64,000 nt of DNA from an uncultured archaeon (GTDB taxonomy: Archaea; Asgardarchaeota; Lokiarchaeia; Sigyniarchaeales; SOKP01). This document shows positions 59,976 to 64,000 of the stretch, one piece after another; positions within the stretch are counted from its first letter, which is position 1; every line of letters starts with the position of its first letter. A program made the translations under genes and the position numbers. The stretch covers positions 32,001 to 96,000 of the forward strand of contig CAYLZE010000004.1 of assembly GCA_964388035.1 (NCBI GenBank), in the 5' to 3' direction. The notes beneath the pieces were generated by a model. It had not been told where the DNA came from. It did not search any database and saw only the letters and a list, made by a program, of their open reading frames with translations.

Positions 59976-60995
59976 GTGACACTTCAAGAAGAAAACTTGT
60001 TGGAATATACAGACGTATGGGTTTTTACCGAAATTAAAGATCACGTGGAAGTACACGAATGTGCGCTTGAAATATTAAGCAAAGCGAGAGAAATAGCAGA
60101 TAAATTGGGTCAAAATTTGGTAGCGATTGTCCTAGCGTTGGAGGCAGAGCAATATTTAGAAACCATAAAAGATTATGGGGTGGATAAAATCATTTATATT
60201 AGTCATCCCAGTTTAAAACATTATCATGAACGTATTTTTACTTCTCTAGTTCATAAATTGGTTCGAGAGCATAAACCATCCATTTTATTATTTCCCAGTA
60301 CCGAAGCTGGAAATGCCCTAGCTTCTAGAGTCGCATACCGTTGCAGGACAGGATTAGTGAGTGATATTTTAAATTTAGAATTGAATGATGAATTCGGCAA
60401 GAATTTGATTCTCACGGATAAACCCGCATATGCTGGGAATATCCACGTAAAAATAATTACTCCTCGCACCAGGCCACAAATGTGTACCATAACGGCGGGT
60501 ACCTTTAAAAAAAAGAAACTAAAAAAACCTCAGATTGAAATCATCGAGAAACCATATCATTTCGATGAAAAGAATATCAAAATTCAAATAATAGGGTCAC
60601 CTACCAGAAAAGATAAACCTACAGCTACATTATCTGATGCAAAATTTGTCATAGGTGGAGGACAAGGGTTAGCAAAAAAGGAAAATTTTGATACATTATT
60701 CGAGTTGGCAAAATTTACAAATGGAAGGGTGGGGGGAACGCGACGTCCTATTATAAATGGATGGATGCCCGAGCATCTTCAAATAGGAATAAGTGGAGAA
60801 ACCATAAATAGCGATTTGTATCTCGCCCTTGGAATCTCTGGAGCAATTCAGCATGTTGTTGGGATTACCGAATCAAAAACGATTGTGGCTGTGAATAAGG
60901 ACCCGAATTGTCCTTTATTTAAAGCTGCTGATTACTGCATCGTGGCAGATGCCAATGAGATTATCCAAGGATTATTAAAATACTATAAAGTTTGA
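59976..60995 (+). CDS. etfA: Electron transfer flavoprotein alpha subunit
   Basis: RPQMCT, GGGQG, GGTR, QIGISG, GISGAIQH, AVNKDP; GTG 59976 preferred. Confidence 0.93.
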   Translation: MTLQEENLLEYTDVWVFTEIKDHVEVHECALEILSKAREIADKLGQNLVAIVLALEAEQYLETIKDYGVDKIIYISHPSLKHYHERIFTSLVHKLVREHKPSILLFPSTEAGNALASRVAYRCRTGLVSDILNLELNDEFGKNLILTDKPAYAGNIHVKIITPRTRPQMCTITAGTFKKKKLKKPQIEIIEKPYHFDEKNIKIQIIGSPTRKDKPTATLSDAKFVIGGGQGLAKKENFDTLFELAKFTNGRVGGTRRPIINGWMPEHLQIGISGETINSDLYLALGISGAIQHVVGITESKTIVAVNKDPNCPLFKAADYCIVADANEIIQGLLKYYKV

Positions 60996-61032
60996 TTTAT
61001 TAGGTATAATTAACTTTTTCAAGTATCTTATT

Positions 61033-61797
61033 ATGAAAAAAGTAAGAATTATTCCCAGACTAGACGTCAAAGGACCTAACGTTATCAAGGGGATTCACTT
61101 GGAATGTCTACGCGTTGTAGGTAAGCCCGGTGAATTTGCGGAAAAATATTATTTAAATGGAGCGGACGAATTGCTCTATATTGATATTGTCGCAAGTCTT
61201 TATCGCAGGGATAATCTTTTAAATATTGTACATGAAGCATCTGATAAAATATTCATTCCTTTCACGGTAGGTGGAGGGATAAGAACCTTGGATGATATAA
61301 AGGAATTTCTTAAAGCAGGTGCTGATAAAGTGGCAATCAATACTGCAGCTACTTTGAATCCCGAATTAATTGCAAAAGCGGCCCGCATGTTTGGCTCCCA
61401 ATGTATTGTATTATCCATTGAAGCAAAAAAGAAAGCGGAAGATAAATGGGAAGCTTATACGAATAATGGACGAGAACGTACGGGGTTAAATGTAATCGAA
61501 TGGGCTCTAAAAGGGGAAGAGCTCGGTGCGGGGGAGATCTTATTAACCTCCGTCGATCAGGAAGGAACTAAAAAAGGATTTGATTGGGACTTAATTTCTC
61601 AAATCGTGGATGTAGTTTCGATACCGGTAATTGTTTCGGGAGGTGCTGGAAGTATAGAGGATATTATAGAATGCTTTAAAGAATGCAAGGCAGATTCAGT
61701 AGCAATTGCCTCAATTCTTCATTATAACATGACGGATATTCCAAAAATAAAAGATGAATTAAAAAAGAATAATATTCCCGTGAGGATGACGTGGTAA
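61033..61797 (+). CDS. HisF-like cyclase subunit (WbuZ/AglZ-type, glycan acetamidino modification)
   Basis: RIIPRLDVKG, GADEL, PFTVGGGI, GAGEILLTSVDQEG; context with the amidotransferase. Confidence 0.85.
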   Translation: MKKVRIIPRLDVKGPNVIKGIHLECLRVVGKPGEFAEKYYLNGADELLYIDIVASLYRRDNLLNIVHEASDKIFIPFTVGGGIRTLDDIKEFLKAGADKVAINTAATLNPELIAKAARMFGSQCIVLSIEAKKKAEDKWEAYTNNGRERTGLNVIEWALKGEELGAGEILLTSVDQEGTKKGFDWDLISQIVDVVSIPVIVSGGAGSIEDIIECFKECKADSVAIASILHYNMTDIPKIKDELKKNNIPVRMTW

Positions 61798-62483
61798 TCA
61801 TGAATGAACAATTACCGGATGTAAGTATCATTAATTATGGCATCAATAATTTGAAAAGCGTGAGCATGGCATTTAAGAAATTAGGGAAATCTTTCAAAAT
61901 AATTGAATCACCCCAAGAAGTATTAGATGCTAAATGCTTGATATTGCCTGGAATTGGCGCGTATGGAGATGGAATGGAAGGCTTACGATCCAGAGGATTG
62001 ATTGAGCCTATTAGAAAACGAGTGGATGGGGGTATCCCCATGTTAGGAATCTGTTTGGGTATGCAACTTCTCTTTTCTGAAAGTGAAGAATTTGGCATTC
62101 ATGCAGGATTAAACTTAATTCCAGGAAGAGTAATTCCTTTTAGACCACCTCAAGAAGTTGAGCTTGAGGGGTATAAAGTGCCTCATATGGGATGGAATGA
62201 CATTCAGGAACCGCATCAGAGCCATTCAGGAACCGCATCAGATAGGTGGGTAAATACGCTTTTAGAATCCACTCAAAGGGGTTCTGATGTTTTCTTTGTC
62301 CATTCTTTTTATCCCGTTCCAGAAGATGAAGAAAATATATTAGCAACCTCTGTTCATGGAAATCAGGAGTTTTGTGCCGTCGTAAAGAAAAAGAATGTGA
62401 GTGGCACTCAATTTCATCCTGAAAAGAGTGGAATAATTGGAATACAAATGTTAAAGAGTTTTTGTATATTGCATAACATATAG
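61791..62483 (+). CDS. HisH-like glutamine amidotransferase (WbuY/AglY-type)
   Basis: LPGIG, GICLGMQ, PHMGWN, FVHSF, QFHPEKS. Confidence 0.9.
   Translation: MVIMNEQLPDVSIINYGINNLKSVSMAFKKLGKSFKIIESPQEVLDAKCLILPGIGAYGDGMEGLRSRGLIEPIRKRVDGGIPMLGICLGMQLLFSESEEFGIHAGLNLIPGRVIPFRPPQEVELEGYKVPHMGWNDIQEPHQSHSGTASDRWVNTLLESTQRGSDVFFVHSFYPVPEDEENILATSVHGNQEFCAVVKKKNVSGTQFHPEKSGIIGIQMLKSFCILHNI
62201..62242 (+). repeat. 20-bp direct repeat at 22-bp period inside the HisH-like gene
   Basis: CATTCAGGAACCGCATCAGA at 62201-62220 and 62223-62242. Confidence 0.9.
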
Positions 62484-62509
62484 AAAAATAATTTTGGGAT
62501 ACTTGTATA

Positions 62510-63799
62510 ATGGTTAGCCGAAAAATACTAGATCGTCAAATTCCTGAGTTACCCAAAGAGATCAAGTTTTGTAAGCGGTGCGTGATATCCAATCAACGAC
62601 CAAGGATTTACTGGACCAAGGATGGGATTTGTGGAGCGTGCAACTTTGCTGATATTAAGAATCATGAGATCGATTGGGATGAACGAGAGCAAATGCTTTC
62701 CAACTTGTGTGATGAATATCGCCGAAACGATGGGAGATATGATGTAATCATTCCGGTGAGTGGAGGGAAAGATAGTGCTCGAGTAGCTTATACCTTGAAA
62801 TACAAGTTTGGGATGCACCCGTTAACGATTACCTGGGCTCCCTTCGAGTACACCCCTGTTGGATATAGGAATTTTAGGAATTTCATTAAAGTGGGAAAAT
62901 TTAATAACCTCATGGCGTGGCCAAATGGGTACTTGCATCGAAAATTATCCCGAATCTCTTTTGAAGCAGTGGGAGATGCTTGGCAACCTTTTGCATATGG
63001 ACAAGTATGTTATGCATTCCATATTGCTAAAGCATTTGATATTAAACTCGTTTTCTTCGGGGAAAATGGGGAAGCAGAATATTCAGGAGATCCTCGCGTG
63101 TTTAATTTGCGGGGCATGCCCTTTGAAATGTGGGCAGAACAGTATTTTAAAGGTATCACTGTTGATGATCTGATCCAGTACGGATTAGAAGAAACCGATT
63201 ATTTCACGGAAAAAGATTATGATGAAAGTGATCTTCAGTTCTACAAGCCACCTAATATTGATCAAATGAAAGATATGGGAATACAATTCCATTGGTTTTC
63301 TTTCTACCATAAATGGATTCCTCAAGAAAATTACTATCTTGCTTCCGAACATACTGGTTTTGAAGCGAATCCTGAAGGCAGGTCAGAAGGGACTTACTCG
63401 AAATATGCAAGTCTAGATGATCAAACGGATGGATATCATTTTTATTTAGCCTTTATAAAATTTGGCATTGCAAGGTGTACTTCTGATGCGGCTCACGAGA
63501 TTCGAGATGGTCATATCACCCGCGAAGAAGGCGTGTCGTTAGTGAAGCGGTATGATGGTGAGTTTCCTACAAGGTGGTGGAAAGAATTTTTAGAATATAC
63601 GGACATTACCGCCGATGAGTTTTGGAGAATTGTGGATAAGTTTCGAAATCCAAACATTTGGGAGAAAGAAGGAGATATTTGGAAACTGAAAAAGGCAGTC
63701 TATGATGAGGGAGATTATGCCTTGGATGAGATTAAACCCGCTTACATCTCCAGTCTGCCTCAACACTATTTTGATTACCAGAAAAAGTTAAAATCTTAA
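62510..63799 (+). CDS. N-acetyl sugar amidotransferase (WbuX/PseA/AglX-like PP-loop)
   Basis: CKRC..C.AC, YDVIIPVSGGKDS, FFGENGEAEY, KYASLDD, IRDGHITREEG. Confidence 0.92.
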   Translation: MVSRKILDRQIPELPKEIKFCKRCVISNQRPRIYWTKDGICGACNFADIKNHEIDWDEREQMLSNLCDEYRRNDGRYDVIIPVSGGKDSARVAYTLKYKFGMHPLTITWAPFEYTPVGYRNFRNFIKVGKFNNLMAWPNGYLHRKLSRISFEAVGDAWQPFAYGQVCYAFHIAKAFDIKLVFFGENGEAEYSGDPRVFNLRGMPFEMWAEQYFKGITVDDLIQYGLEETDYFTEKDYDESDLQFYKPPNIDQMKDMGIQFHWFSFYHKWIPQENYYLASEHTGFEANPEGRSEGTYSKYASLDDQTDGYHFYLAFIKFGIARCTSDAAHEIRDGHITREEGVSLVKRYDGEFPTRWWKEFLEYTDITADEFWRIVDKFRNPNIWEKEGDIWKLKKAVYDEGDYALDEIKPAYISSLPQHYFDYQKKLKS

Positions 63800-63835
63800 G
63801 CATTTTCATCTTTTCACTTTATTCTTCTTTATTTT

Positions 63836-64000
63836 TCATAAAGCAACAGGGGTAATTCCTAAATAATTAGCAATTACCCGGCGAATGTAATCCCAGATAA
63901 ATAAAAAGCCATTTTGCGGAAGGGATATGGTACATAAAAAAGTAACAACAAGAAGTGTGTTTAAAACTACTCCGGATAAGATGTTTCCCGTTTTTTGGTA
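63836..64000 (-). CDS. 3' end of a membrane protein (partial, runs off the window)
   Basis: Open frame YQKTGNILSGVVLNTLLCCYFLCTISLPQNGFLFIWDYIRRVIANYLGITPVAL*. Confidence 0.55.
   Translation of the reverse strand, partial: YQKTGNILSGVVLNTLLVVTFLCTISLPQNGFLFIWDYIRRVIANYLGITPVAL

Noticed and set aside
61033-62483. Annotation as housekeeping hisF/hisH
   Set aside because: No other his genes are adjacent, and linkage to an N-acetyl sugar amidotransferase indicates the glycan-modifying paralogs.
574-63173. Numerous 60-112 aa ORFs nested in or antisense to longer genes (e.g. 574-891, 3918-4256, 22853-23167, 55608-55919, 62859-63173)
   Set aside because: Shadow ORFs of well-supported genes with no motifs of their own.
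63849-63879. Inverted repeat GGGTAATT..AATTACCC
   Set aside because: Lies inside the 3' end of the partial minus-strand CDS with no U-tract; a single short stem is not enough to call.
1-64000. tRNA, rRNA, CRISPR arrays, IS elements and integrases
   Set aside because: No GC-rich cloverleaf or rRNA-like stretch, no repeat-spacer array and no recombinase or transposase motifs seen by eye; tRNAscan-SE and Infernal would be needed to exclude small RNAs formally.

Overview
AT-rich, gene-dense archaeal chromosome segment. Gene content points to an Asgard archaeon, most likely Lokiarchaeia/Promethearchaeota; this is inferred from protein families, not from a marker gene. The eukaryote-signature genes are three Rab-like GTPases, a longin-GTPase fusion, a GTPase-roadblock fusion, an ESCRT-II (EAP30/Vps22-36)-like protein, a V4R/Bet3-like protein and a 946-aa HEAT solenoid. 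These are mixed with beta-oxidation/ETF genes, nadB, an aroA'-type aldolase, a short XPF/ERCC4 nuclease, a membrane pyrophosphatase and a HisF/HisH/N-acetyl-sugar amidotransferase trio. I found no rRNA, tRNA, CRISPR array or transposase. The top finding is in the split acyl-CoA dehydrogenase gene (23510-24797). It is interrupted by a 31-nt insert (24313-24343) that folds with its flanks into a relaxed bulge-helix-bulge. Cutting at the canonical endonuclease positions removes a stop codon and restores frame and family alignment exactly, so this is a candidate tRNA-endonuclease-type mRNA intron in an Asgard metabolic gene. Other notable signals are a subtilase with Cys in place of the catalytic Ser, a multi-hairpin candidate ncRNA (7409-7695), a duplicated 9-bp-periodic operator around an AbrB/methyltransferase cluster, a 59-bp direct repeat flanking a DM13 gene, probable non-AUG starts, and two single-base frameshifts that may be sequencing errors.
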